Shown here: piece by piece, positions 13,126 to 25,781 of the stretch | How positions within the stretch are numbered: the stretch's first letter is position 1 | Layout: the number at the start of each line of letters is the position of its first letter | Origin: Narcine bancroftii | Taxonomy: Eukaryota | NCBI RefSeq assembly: GCF_036971445.1 | Contig: NC_091472.1 | Coordinates: 270,940,001-271,004,000, forward strand | Reading direction: 5' to 3' | Length of the DNA stretch: 64,000 nt | The notes under the pieces: model-generated | The model's database searches: none | The model's input: only the letters and a program-made list of their open reading frames with translations | Told to the model about the DNA's origin: nothing | Position numbers and translations under genes: made by a program

Positions 13126-13439
13126 ATGGCAGCTGCGGCTGAAACTGTTGCCCCTGAGGGTCTCTCTTAGTGAAAATGAAGGTCATGGAACTTAAAGAAG
13201 AATTGCAATGTCAACACTTAGAAACAGGTGGAAACAAAGCTGTTCTTTTTGCGAGACTGATCGACGCAATAGAAAAGCAGAAGGTTATGGCTGCTGGGAA
13301 TACAAACCCCACAGAATTACAGCAAAAAAAAACATCAATAGAAACTCAGCTCAACCACATGAAAATGGATGAAGCTGTGCCACAAGCTGATGGGGTGGAG
13401 GATGGGCCAATCCAGAGTGGAGACAAAGTCAGATATTAA
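13126..13439 (+). pseudogene. BEL gag N-terminus with SAP domain
   Basis: aagATGg start at 13126 (MAAAAETVAPEG), one frameshift, then LVKMKVMELKEELQCQHLETGGNKAVLFARL, matching the SAP consensus LxxLKVxELKxELxxRGLxxxGxKxxLxxRL. Confidence 0.8.
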
Positions 13440-15518
13440 GGTGACATCTGACATACAGAATGAAGTATGACCAAGTGATAATGCATCAAATACTGGAAGC
13501 AGAAGGAGTTTTAGACCAAGTTCCAGTGTTTCATGTACTGCATCTAGGCATGTAAAAGGTCAGGCCACTCTTGAATTAGAACAAGAATAGTTTAAGGATA
13601 AAAAAAAAGTCTTAGAAAACCTAGAGAAACAGCAGGAGGAACAGCTTTGAAGAACCAGGAAGTAGCTAAAGGAGGCAAAAAGAATAAATGGAACTGAGAA
13701 AAAAAAACTGTTAATGAGTCCAAGTCGAGGGTTCTAGAAGGCTGTAAAGTATCTGGGACTCAAAGTAAATTACCTAAAGTATCTAACATTTTGGAGTCAC
13801 ATTTTGAGGAAGGATAATAGAAAAAGGAATTATTTAATACTAAAGAAGAGCCTGTGTTATGGTTACAAGACTTGAATGGTCCCGAACTAGCCAGGTTAAG
13901 GCACGGTGGTGCCAAATCTCAAACCCCAATAATGACCTCAGTGGACAGAGATGTGAGCCAAATGCCATCTTACCAACCAGAATACTACCCACTTCCGACA
14001 GGTAATAAAAATCCAGGTGAACAAAGTAACTTATACCCAGGCATAAGAAAGTAGGATGAAATGGGTGCCCAAGAGAGAGATTCCAGTTTTTGATGGTGGT
14101 GAACTTCAATCTCAAGTGTTTATGAAAAAGTTTGAATGCAGTATTGAAATTAAGAGCCAAAGCTCAGAGGATTGTCTATATTATTTGGAAGATTTCATGG
14201 GTGGGCATCCATATGAAGTTGTAAAGAGTTGTCATCATACTGTCCCAAACAAAGGATTAGATAAGGCTAAGTTTTGACTAAAGAAGCATTTTGGCATCAA
14301 TAAGACTGGATGGTACAAAGACTTTACAAGCTGTCAGCCTTTTTCTAAGAGGATGTTACAATGTCATGATGGAGAACTTGACATATCTACTAATACGCTA
14401 ATCGTTTTAAATAAATTAACATACCAGATGAAATAACATAAGAACTTCATTTGTTGAATATCAGAAAATAAATGAAACAGCTGCTTTTAAGGATTTGGTG
14501 TTCATTGAAGGGCAAGAGAACCTTGTCATGGAAATATCAAAGGCAATCAAACAGTAAGTAAAAAAGTTAAGAGGTCCAAATCATACCCTCAACCATTTTT
14601 TTTAAAGTACATTTGTCACCTCCCTGGCAGTGGAAGATAAAGAAATTAAGGAAAATGAAAGTTTGCTTGCAGTGAAGAAATGTTTGTTCTGTGATGATAA
14701 GCTTGCTTTGGAAAGGTGTGGACAGTTGGAAAAGAAAATGCATAGTGAGAAAATTACATTTTTGAAGGAAAGGCTATGTTTTGGCTGTTTGTGTAAAGGA
14801 CACATCAGCAAAAACTGCAAAAAATGATTCAGCTTTGACATATGTACTCAAAAGCATCCCAAAATGCTACATATCTTCCAGGAAAAGAAGAATATGGAAA
14901 AGATACAAACAACAAGAAAAGTAGCAAATGAAAACAGTGCAGAAGCCTTGGTATTGACAAGTGATTTTACTAGGGTCAGAGAGAACAACTGCAAACTTTT
15001 AACAGTATCTGTGCAAGTCAAGGTCAAGAAGTACAATAGTGCACATTTATGCATTTCTTGACCCAGGAAGCTCTGCGTCTTTTTGCACTCTGGGGCTAAT
15101 GATAAGGTTTACTTGCAAAGAAGCAGTACAAAAATTCTATTGAGAACTATAGGTTAAATTAAACACACTGAAACCAGAGATCGCTAGACAAGATAGTAAT
15201 GATTTTTATGAACTTCCAGCCCTTTACACTCAGAAAGCTATGCATGTGCTAAAGGAAACATCCCATATCAAAACGACATTGAACCACGGACACATTTGAT
15301 AAATGCTTGTTTACACAAAATCAACTCTGAGATAGAGTTGCTGATTGGTTCAGATGCACCAAAAGCTCTGGAACCACTAGATATGATAACGAGTGTGGGA
15401 GATGGACCCTACACTGTCAAAACTATGCTTGGTTGGGTGATTAATGGACCATTAGGAGGAAGAAAAGAGGTTCAAAATCAGTTGGCTATAAGTGTTAACA
15501 AAATATTGATTGTTAAGC

Positions 15519-16870
15519 ATTTTTTGAATATTTTATTTAAAAATTTGCATCCATGTAATTAGATATCGTACAGAGTCAATACTTAGTTATATTTAAAACT
15601 GCAATGATTACATGGCATTAATATTTCCCCCTTGCCTGTCCTCCCCTTCCTCTTACTCTCTCCCATTATAAACGTTGTAATGATAAAAATATATATGATA
15701 TATAATTATAAAAAGGGATTATGTAAAGAGAAAAGTATAAAGATTATATAGTCTGGATTGCACAAAGGATTAGCTCACACACTGTGATTTTACAGTATTT
15801 ATATTAACAACTTTAGGGAAGAAGATTATTACAGGTCTTAAATGGCCAGTAGTACATTTTTACATGTTTATCTCTAAACTTTGCATACATGGACTCCAAA
15901 TTTGTATGAATGTTGAATATTTCTCAAATTATATGTTATTTTCTCCAAAGGTATACAACTTTAAATTTCCAAATGTGCATCTGATTTCCAAGTCACTGCA
16001 ATACACTTCCTTGCCACCACTAAAGCTATTTTGATAAATTTAATTTGATAAACTTATAGTTTCAATTTCAATATTATTCTTTCTATATTCCCCAACAAAA
16101 AAATAAATCTGGATTTTGTGTAATAAAATCTTTGCTATATCCATCCTAAAAGTTCCAACTTTAGAACATGACCAAGTAGAAGGCAAAACGGTCCCTATTT
16201 CTTCACCACATCTAAAATATTTATCTGATAAATCCAATTTGATTTTGAGCAATTTTTGCAGTGTTAAATGTAATTGATGTAAATAATTATATTGAACTTA
16301 ACTGTATTTAACATTTATAATATTTGTCATACAATCTTGACAGAGTTTTGCCCATCTTTTCTCATCAATTCTAATATTTAAATCAACCTCCCATTTCTGT
16401 GTAGATTTATGTATTCCCTTTTTAATAGTTCCTGCTTGTAGTAAAAGATACATTGCAGAAATATATTTCTTAGTATAATCTCTCCTGATAGGAACCTCCA
16501 TCTGGTAAGTACATTGTTAAACCTAATTTTCCTGCAAATATCCCCTCAATTGAAGATTGCAAAAAGTGTATTTTGGGTAATTACAGATTTATTTCTTAAT
16601 TGTCAAAACAACATCAATTAACCTTGTTCATAATAATCTTCTACATTTTTAATACCATTGTGAAACCAAATATTTAAAAAAGTGTTTATCTTTAGTAAAA
16701 GGTATAAGGTTATTTTGAATGAAAGGTGTTTTCATTATTTATCTCGTTCCAAATGGTAATCAAGTGCACAACAGTCATTAATTTTGAATCCCAATTTTAT
16801 AAACAAATTCCTCTTCATATTTTGCTCCTATTTTATACATCTCTATTTTGACCATATTAAGCTTGGTTCT
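15519..16870 (-). mobile_element. L1-clade LINE 3' portion inserted in BEL pol
   Basis: ORF2 C-terminal zinc-finger region (FRCGEEIGTVLPSTWSCSKV); T-rich tail at 15520; 9-bp TSD ttgttaagc at 15510-15518 and 16871-16879. Confidence 0.9.
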
Positions 16871-17409
16871 TTGTTAAGCTTGATAGGCTGTGGGAGGAGC
16901 AGTTCCTGAGTGCCTCAGGGACAACCGAGATCCTTCAAAGGAAGACCAGTAGTTATTGGAATCAGCGACAAACAAAAGCTGTCAAGCTAGTTAATAATCA
17001 TTATTGCATTGGATTGCCTTTGAAGAAAAGGGAAATATGCATGCCTGATAATAGAAGCACTATCGAACAATGTACACCAATTTTAAAAAGAAGATTCAAG
17101 AAAGATTCTTCCTTTCAGATTACACCAAATGTGTGTCTGACATGAAATGCAGAGAATGTCCTAGATAATACTTTGGAATGTAGTGATGGCAATAAATGGA
17201 ACTTACCACTCCATGGGGTTTTGCATTACAGAAGAAGAAAAAGTTTTATGTGGTGTTTGATTGTGGAGCAACCATTTTTTTGGGGGGATCTGGCAGGTTT
17301 CACTAAATTCTCAACTCTTACAGGGTCTTGATAAGACAAGTACATTGATAGGAATCTTCACTACATTCTGTAAAGAACATGTCATCATGACTGCAGACAT
17401 TGAAGCAAT

Positions 17410-19570
17410 TGATGCGATATTTGGGGAATGGGTTGGATTGGGAATAATAAAAATTAAGGATTTATATATCCAAGGCAATTTTGATTCATTTGAACAATTA
17501 ACAGTTAAATTTAACCTTCCAAATAGGCATTTTTAAAAAAAAAATATCTATGAATTAGGCATTTTGTCCAGTCTGAATTCTCCAATTTTCCTCAAATTCC
17601 CATAAATCAAGGGTTCTTGATTTTTTTATTTTTGATTTAAAATTTCCCATAGTGGATCAATAGCTATTATTTATAGTAATTTGATAGACCTAAGAATATG
17701 TTCAGGGATAGGAATCAAAAATGAATGGGAACGAAACTTGAATACATCAATTTCAGATGAAATTTGGATAATCTATTTGATCTGATTAATAATACTTCAT
17801 TCTGTGTGCAACATTGTTCAATACAATTTAAAGTTGTACATAAAATACATACATCCAAAGTTGGATGATATAATTTTTATCCTGATGTTGATCCATTATG
17901 TGACAAATGTAAAATTTTTGAGACCCCTCTGATTCATATGTTCTGGGAGTGCGCAGAACTACAAGAATATTGGGAACAATTCTTTAAAATTCTACACAGA
18001 TTCTTATGATTAAATTAGAACTGTTTTGTTTTATTGGTTTATTTGGTTATTCTCTAGAAAAGAGGATTACCTTGAATTCAACTCAAAAAAGAATAATAGC
18101 TTTCACTTCATTGATGGTCAGAAGAGCAATAAGATAAAAAGTCAGCATTGCACCAAATCATATGGAATGGCTGCAAGATATTATGTCTTTCTTGAGTTTG
18201 CAGAAAATTAGACAAAAAGCTAAAGAGATCAAGATTGAATTTAACAAGATATGATGGCCATTTATGGATTATTATCATAATTTGATTACTTAGGCAAGGG
18301 TTTTCTATCTGATGTCTGAGTCAATACTCAACTCTTTACAATTTATTAGCTGGTGACCGTTTTTAGTGGGATTAGTATGGTTTTTGTCTTCTTTCTTTTT
18401 TTCTTATTTTTTTTATAAATTATTGGTCCATTTAGATAATCACAATGTATATCTCAATATTAGAATATGTGAAATTTTCATAAGGATATTTCACCTTTTT
18501 TTGAGAATTATATGAAAAAATGTATAAGATGTGACTCATATTCAGTATTGCATTATATAAATCTTATATAATTATATAATTAATTACTATCTAAACTGCC
18601 AAAATGTTTGGCCTGGAAGTCAGCCTGAAGAAAACTGAGGTCCTCCATCAGCCAGCTCCCCACCATGACTACCAGCCCCCCCACATCTCCATCGGGCACA
18701 CAAAACTCAAAACGGTCAACCAGTTTACCTATCTCGGCTGCACCATTTCATCAGATGCAAGGATCGACAATGAGATAGACAACAGACTCGCCAAGGCAAA
18801 TAGCGCCTTTGGAAGACTACACAAAAGAGTCTGGAAAAACAACCAACTGAAAAACCTCACAAAGATAAGCATATACAGAGCCGTTGTCATACCCACACTC
18901 CTGTTCGGCTCCGAATCATGGGTCCTCTACCGGCACCACCTACGGCTCCTAGAACGCTTCCACCAGCGTTGTCTCCGCTCCATCCTCAACATCCATTGGA
19001 GCGCTTTCATCCCTAACGTCGAAGTACTCGAGATGGCAGAGGTCGACAGCATCGAGTCCACGCTGCTGAAGATCCAGCTGCGCTGGATGGGTCACGTCTC
19101 CAGAATGGAGGACCATCGCCTTCCCAAGATCGTGTTATATGGCGAGCTCTCCACTGGCCACCGTGACAGAGGTGCACCAAAGAAAAGGTACAAGGACTGC
19201 CTAAAGAAATCTCTTGGTGCCTGCCACATTGACCACCGCCAGTGGGCTGATAACGCCTCAAACCGTGCATCTTGGCGCCTCACAGTTTGGCGGGCAGCAA
19301 CCTTCTTTGAAGAAGACCGCAGAGCCCACCTCACTGACAAAAGGCAAAGGAGGAAAAACCCAACACCCAACCCCAACCAACCAATTTTCCCCTGCAGCCA
19401 CTGCAACCGTGTCTGCCTGTCCCGCATCGGACTTGTCAGCCACAAACGAGCCTGCAGCTGACGTGGACTTTTACCCCCTCCATAAATCTTCGTCCGCGAA
19501 GCCAAGCCAAAGAAACAATGTATACATGTAATATTTCCCTATATCAAATTAATAAAAATGTTTGAAAAAG
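17410..19570 (+). mobile_element. L1-clade LINE 3' portion inserted in BEL RT
   Basis: WVGLGIIKIKDLY..SFEQL, QFKVVHK, CDKC..LIHMFWEC; aataaa and A-rich tail at 19551-19570; imperfect TSD gaagcaat (17402-17409) and gaaacaat (19571-19578). Confidence 0.88.
18594..19514 (+). mobile_element. young RTE-clade LINE, 5'-truncated with open 285-aa frame
   Basis: ORF 18604-19461 with FTYLG, QLRWMGHVSRM and C2H2 CSHCNRVCLSRIGLVSH; CpG retained; lies in the L1 3' UTR. Confidence 0.97.
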
Positions 19571-20679
19571 GAAACAATGTTCCATTAGGTGTAAGTACTG
19601 AATGAAGAACATGACTTGTTACTTCCTTTGGTGGCTTGATGGAGACTGCGGTTAGAACATGGTAGAGCACAGAATGACAGGGCATCTATTTGGGGTGATT
19701 TTATCACCAAGTTGTGCCAACTTTGCTTTTAGGAAGTATGCTGAGGACAATATGGAACAATTTAACTCTCGAGCTATAAACACCATCAGGAATAACTTTT
19801 ATGTGGGTGACTGTCTCACTTGTGCAGCTACAGTTAAAGAAGCAATAGCTCTTTATCATAAGTTGAAAGTCAATTGTTTTAAGGGAGGCTTTCATCTTAT
19901 CAAATGGACAAGTAACAATCACCATGTAATGGCTGTCATACCTGAAAGAAAGAGGACAAAAGAAATGAAGAATTTGGAATTAGACCATGAGAACCTTCCT
20001 GTAGGGAGGGTATTAGGTGTTCAATGATGTGTTCAGTGTGACATTTTTAAGTTCAAAATCATTTTGAAGGACTGACCTCTCACATGCAGGAGGATTCTAT
20101 CAACAGTCAGTTTGGTATATTATCCTCTACAAATATTGGCACTAGTTGTCCTGACTGCCAAGAAGATCCTGCAAGCTTTGTGTAGGGAAACGATTGGTTG
20201 GATTGATGAGATATCAGAATCCATTGTACAAGAATTGATGTATTGGATTTGGATCTTCGCCTGCTGGAAGACTTAAAGATTAACAGATGCTTCAAACCCA
20301 CAAATCTTGGAACTGTAACATCTGTTCAATTGCATTATTTTGCTGATGCATTTGAACACGGTTATGGAACTGTTATTTAACTGTTACTGCATGATAACAA
20401 GGATAGGTACATTGTGGATTTGAAAAGGGGAAAGGCCAGACTGGCTCCATTGAAACTGGTCACTATCCCATGAATGGAGTTGAAGGTTGCTACCATGGCA
20501 AGCAGAATGGACACAATGTTGAAAGAGAGTTGCAGATGAAACTAACACACTCCATACTTTGGACAGATGGCACCTTTGTACTCAAATATATTAACAATAA
20601 AACCACAAGGTTTTGAAATTTTGTAGGTAACAGAATCACAGAAATTGATAAAGTCTCATGTCCAATAGAGTGGAGGTAT

Positions 20680-21110
20680 GAAACGTCAACCAGCCATCTA
20701 ACTCCACAGATGCTGCCCGATCCTCTGAGTTCCTCCAGCTGATTGTTTTCTTTTTGCTTCAATTTACAACATCCGCAGTATCTTGTACCTTCATCTGTCT
20801 CTCTACTCCAATTTATATATGATGCTGGAGGGGTAGCAGCACATTGTCCCATCTCCACTCCTTCTTGCTTTTGCAGGGAAAAGTCTCTCCAAGACATCCT
20901 TGTCCAGTCTTCCCTCTCCACGCATCTGTTTATCTTCTCAGGCACTTACTATTCTAAACGTGGAAAGTGCAAAACCTGTCTGTGGTGAACAGAAATTCAC
21001 TGACTGTGTAGTTCAGATGGCTGGCTCCCCTCTCACCTACCCCAATATAAAGCATGGTTTTCCTGCCTTACCTCAGATTCACCTGAGGACTATTGTATAT
21101 ACCAGCCGTT
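20680..21110 (+). mobile_element. Penelope-like element fragment
   Basis: gaaacgtc..acagatgctgcccgatcctctgagttcctccagc pseudo-LTR, then REKSLQDILVQSSL..GTY..RGKCKTC linker resembling 33550-33720. Confidence 0.7.
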
Positions 21111-21789
21111 AATTGTAAGCTATTAAAAATGTGTTTGTGCTCCGCTCAAGTCTCTGAGTCCAATCAGTTGCGTTACACTCTCCCTACATCTCTTCCCTCT
21201 CCTTCTTTCAGGGCCATATCTTTGGATATTAGTCAAAGAGGCATTGTTTTAAAAGACCAGTGACAAAGACAATGGATATGTTTTTAAGAGTTGCCTTAAC
21301 TAGGTTAACGAAACTAACACAAGCAAATCTGAAATGCATCAGTGCTTGTTCAACAATCTGGCATCAGCACGAGTGCAAAAGAGTTTATGATTTGGTTTAT
21401 CAGGAATGGAACACAATTTAGACACAAGGCAAACATCATCACTCAAAATGCATTCAAAAGGGAACATGAGAAAAAGTGGATTCTGGACCTATAAATTATA
21501 TTTCCAATTTAGAGAAAATCACCACTGAAGAGGCACAAGGCAGACCTTAAATACCCAATGGCACATTTTGAGAAGCGCTTTTAGACAGATATCTATTTTC
21601 ACTCTGCATTCAACAAATGCTCAAGTTAATGTTATTTAGAAAGAATCGTGTTCAATTTTTATAGGTTTAGTCAGGTGAGGTATAGGCCATTGTGAATCAA
21701 CATTATTCTGGTAGATAAAATAATTAATTTTTTTTCTTGCTTACTCTCTTGGATATTTCAGCAAAAGGATGATAGTCAAGTGACTTTTT

Positions 21790-22200
21790 AAAAGACAATA
21801 AACTTGCTCATAATGTCGGCAAGACAAAGGAACTGAACATTGTCTTCTGGAATAGGAGTGGAGCTCCCTCCCCTGTAAGCATCAACGGTGCTGGGTGGAG
21901 ATACTAGATAGCTTTAAGTTCTTTGGCGCAAATATTTCCAATGACCTATCCTGGTCCAACCACATCGATTCAAAAGCCAAAAAGGTCACAAATGCCTCTA
22001 CTTCCTCAGAAGTTTGAACAACTTCTACAGTTGCATAATCAAAAGTATCCAGTAAGCATTCACTATTGTGTGTATGAAAAATGTTCAGTCCAAGATCTCA
22101 AGAAACTGCAGAGTTGTGAACACAGTTCAGACCATCACTTAAACTCCCCTCCCTTCCCTCCCCTGCTGTTCATCTGCTGTTTAAATCTTCATGCATGTAT
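21790..22200 (+). mobile_element. Rex1/Babar-like LINE fragment
   Basis: aatgtcggcaagacaaaggaactg (NVGKTKEL), FKFFG..ISNDLSW and ctctacttcctcagaag. Confidence 0.75.
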
Positions 22201-22249
22201 TCATTACCAAAACATCTATTCCAAAGCTCTCTTGACTGTTGTCCCTTAT

Positions 22250-24215
22250 TCGAGCTAATGATGAGAGATTCTGAGTAATGAGTGATGGACCTCTCCATGG
22301 GGGAGCATTTCTGTGAGAGTGACCACATCCCTGAGCTTTAGCATAGCTATACATGAAGATAAAAACAGAAAGAAAATGGGCATGTGTTTAATTGGGGAAG
22401 GGTTAATTACAATGGGACAAGGCGGGAACTAGTGAGAGTAAATTGGAAATAGATATTCATGGTAGAAAGCACAGAACTAAGGTGGAGGAAGTTTAGGGGC
22501 CACTTGCACTGGGTTCAGGATAGGTTTGTCCCACTGGGACAAGGAAAAGATGGGATAAAAAGGGAACCCCTGTGGTGAGGCGGCTTGTTAAGAGAAAATA
22601 GAAAGCATACATTAGATTTAAGATGCAAGAAATAAGAAAGGCTCTTAAGAATTATATGATAGCCAGGAATGAAATTAAGAAAGTACAAGAGAGTTTGAAG
22701 GGAGCATGAGAAGGCCTTGGCAAATAGGATTAAGGAGGACATCAAGGTGTTGAATGCCTATGTGAAGAACAGAAGGATGAGGAGAGTGAAGGATAAAGCA
22801 GGTTCAGGAGGTCTTAAATTAGTACTTCGCTTCAATATTCGCAGTATTGATGAGGGTGATTGCAAAGGTAATAGGTATAATCTTGGGAAATATAGACTGG
22901 TGAATCTTACGTTGGTGGTGCACAAACTGTGGGAGAGGATTCTTAAGGATGGAATTTATGAGCATTTGGAGAAGTACAGTCTAATCAATGATAGTCAACA
23001 TGGCTTTGTGAAGGGAAGGTCATCCCTCACATGCCTAATTAAGCTCTTTGAGGACGTAACAAATGAAATTGATGAGGGTAGGGCGGTAGATGTGGTCTAC
23101 ATGGATTTTAGCAAAGCATTTGACAAAGTCTCTCATGAGAAAATCATAAGCTGCAGATTAAAAATTGGTTTGTATGTAGAAAGTAGAGAGTAGTAGTACA
23201 TGGTAAGTATTCTTCCTGTAGGTCAGTGGCTAGTGGAGTTCTGCAGGTATCTGTTCTGGGACCCATGCTCTTTATGCTTTAATAAATGACTTACATGAAG
23301 AAGCAGAAGGATGGGTCAGTAAGTTTGTGAATGATACAAAGGATGGAGGAGTTGTGGATAGAGCTGAAGGATGTCATAGGTTGCAGAAGGATATAGACAG
23401 GATGCAGAGTTGGGCAGAAATATAGCAGATGGAGTTCAAACTGCATAAGTGTGAGGTGATGCATTTTGGAAGGCCAAAGCAGAAAGATGAGTACAGGGTT
23501 AATTTTTGAATACTTAACAGTGTGGAGGACGGAGGATCTTTTTTTTTGTGTCCAAATCCATACATCTTTCAAAGTCACCAAGCAGGTTGATAGGATAGTT
23601 AAGAAGGCCTATTGGATATTGGGCTTCATTAATAGGAGGATTTAGATCAAGAGTTGAGAGGTTATGTTGCAACTCTACAAATCTTTGGTGAGACCACTCT
23701 TAGAATACTATGTTCAGGTCTGGTCATTTCATTATAAGAAGAACATGGAAGCTATAGAGAAAGGATACAAAGAAGATTTACAGGATCTTATGAGGCAAGT
23801 TTAGAATACCTTGAACTTTTCTCTTTAGAGCGAAGAAGGATGAAAGGAGACAACAGAGGTCTCCGAAATTCTGAGAGGCAGAGATAACGTGGATAGCCAG
23901 TGCCCTTTTCCCAGGGAAAGAATAGCAAACATCAGGGGACATATTTACTAAGTAAAGGGAGGAAAGTTTAGGGGAGTCATCATGGTATGTTTATACATGA
24001 AGAAAATAGGTGCCTGGAATGCTTTCCCAGTGATAGCAGTGGAGCTGAAACATTGGGGCATTTAAGAGACTCATAGATAGGGAAATGGATGAAAGTAAAA
24101 AAAAACTAAGGGTAACAAAGTAGGAATGATTTAGTACTTTTTTGAAAAGAATATATAGGTCAGCACAACATCAAGGGCCAAAGGTTCTGTATTGGGCTGT
24201 AATGTTCTATGTTGT
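22250..24215 (+). mobile_element. CR1 LINE, degenerate ORF2 to 3' tail
   Basis: SQHGFVKGRSSLTCL, VYMDFSKAFDKVSH, GSVLGP-like and LVRPLLEY motifs; tail gttctatgttg. Confidence 0.92.
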
Positions 24216-24389
24216 GTTGTATGGTGAGCAGTGTCACAGGAGACAAACTTAAAAGGCAATCCTTTAATATCAATTTCTATCCATGAAGGGTACAATTATT
24301 TTAAAATGTACTTCCAAAATTTAAATAGAATATTATACAAATAATAAATTAATGGAAGGAAACCATATCTTGAAGGATTAATGGATTTT

Positions 24390-24560
24390 AAACATAGAAT
24401 GAAAAACGTAGAACATTTTAGCAAGTACAGGCCCTTCGGTGTGCTGACCTACATATTCCTACCTAAAAAATTCTAAACCCTTCCTACCTCGCAACTTTCT
24501 ATTTTTCATTCATCCATGTGCCTCCCTAAAAGCCTCTTAAATGTCTCTGATGTTTCAGCC
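24390..24560 (-). mobile_element. CR1 3' end
   Basis: aacatagaa tail on the plus strand; reverse complement of 24050-24210. Confidence 0.8.
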
Positions 24561-24564
24561 TCTG

Positions 24565-24900
24565 GCAAGGTGACTTTGAAGATGACCTCCTTGTTCTTTT
24601 GATCAAAGCAAATGTAGCAATAATTAAGCTCCTCGGAGTGGGAGGCACAGTTGTAAGCGGGCACAGTACTAGGTGGTTTATAGTCCGTAATGATCTGTAG
24701 GCCATGCCACATGCGCCAGGGGTCCGATGAATTGAAATGCTCTTTGATCTTTTTTTTGGTATGGTTTTATGTTTAGCCTGAGTGATTCCCCTCCTTAGAT
24801 TGGCCATTGCTGAGCTGAAAGTCTTCCAGTGTCCAGATCTGAAAGCTAAATCTTTGAGCAGAAATTGAACCTCAATGTTCATCCATGTTTTTTGAATCAA
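24565..24900 (-). mobile_element. Rex1/Babar/L2-like LINE internal fragment
   Basis: KTWMNIEVQFLLK..AFRSG and MWHGLQIITDYKP..ELN peptides typical of the region upstream of RT. Confidence 0.7.
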
Positions 24901-24919
24901 ACAAAGTTTTGTTTATTTT

Positions 24920-25340
24920 TTGATGTCACTCCATCCACACCTTTGTTGGTCTATCAGATTAAACTGCATTTGCCACTTTTCTGCCCAACTCTGCATCTTG
25001 TCTATATCCTTCTGTAACCTACAACAACCTTCAGCTCCATCCACAACTCCTCCAATCTTCTGCTAACTTGCTGACCCATCCTTCTGCTTCTTCATCTAGA
25101 TCATTTATAAAAATCATGGAGAGCAGGGGCTTCAGAACAGATCCCTGTGGAACTCTACTTATTACTGACCCCTTGGCAGAATACTTTCCATCCACCACTA
25201 CTCTCTGCTTTCTACATGCAAGCCAATTTTTAATCCATACAACCAAGTTTCCATGAATTACATGCCAAATGATTTTCTGGCCAAGTCTCCCATGAGGGAC
25301 CTTGTCAAATGCCTTACTCAAATCCATGTTGATCACATCT
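24920..25340 (-). mobile_element. CR1 RT fragment
   Basis: ORF 25031-25336: MDLSKAFDKVPHGRL..VPQGSVL. Confidence 0.92.
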
Positions 25341-25781
25341 TATAAGAAAGCATAAGTTCAAATGTCATCATTGCAGGTGATGTACTCAAAGGATCTGTCA
25401 ATTTATGGGCTATCACCAAATGTTATCAAAAGCAGCTGGATTGCTGGAAGAATTTGCCCTTCAGACAACGATTATTGTCATCTTTACCTAATCAGTCCAC
25501 AGATGACTCCAAAATACTCTGTGATTGAATCCTAATCTCAGTACTACCTTATCAATGTGAGTCCCATCCCAACAACAAATATAAATTCTAGCTTCAAGTG
25601 GCACTTGGATTCATTAATCTACAAGAATTAGTCATGAAATTAATGTCCCTTATTGTGTCACCCTCCACTTCCTCTCACTCCCTCATATGGCTCCTTCTGC
25701 ATTCCCTATTCTTGTTTAGAATTTCTGCTATCTGCAGATTGTTTTGCTCTGCATAGGTACAACTGTGACAGGTAATTTGTT

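Larger units (their letters stand above)
12469..20680 (+). mobile_element. BEL/Pao LTR retrotransposon (5' LTR, gag, protease, RT, RNase H), decayed and interrupted; integrase and 3' LTR not seen
   Basis: Starts TGTAAG; DUF1759-like PKREIPVFDG (about 14065); zinc knuckles CLFCDDK and CFGCLCKGHISKNC; protease AFLDPGSSASFC; TMLGWVINGP; RT VVFDCG, MTADIEA, HLFG, NFYVGDCL; RNase H LHYFADA, KARLAPLK, LWTDG. Confidence 0.93.

Noticed and set aside
13170-13439. processed pseudogene of a host SAP gene (hnRNP U or SARNP)
   Set aside because: Similarity is limited to the SAP motif, with no poly-A or TSD, and it sits at the expected gag start; treated as part of the BEL element.
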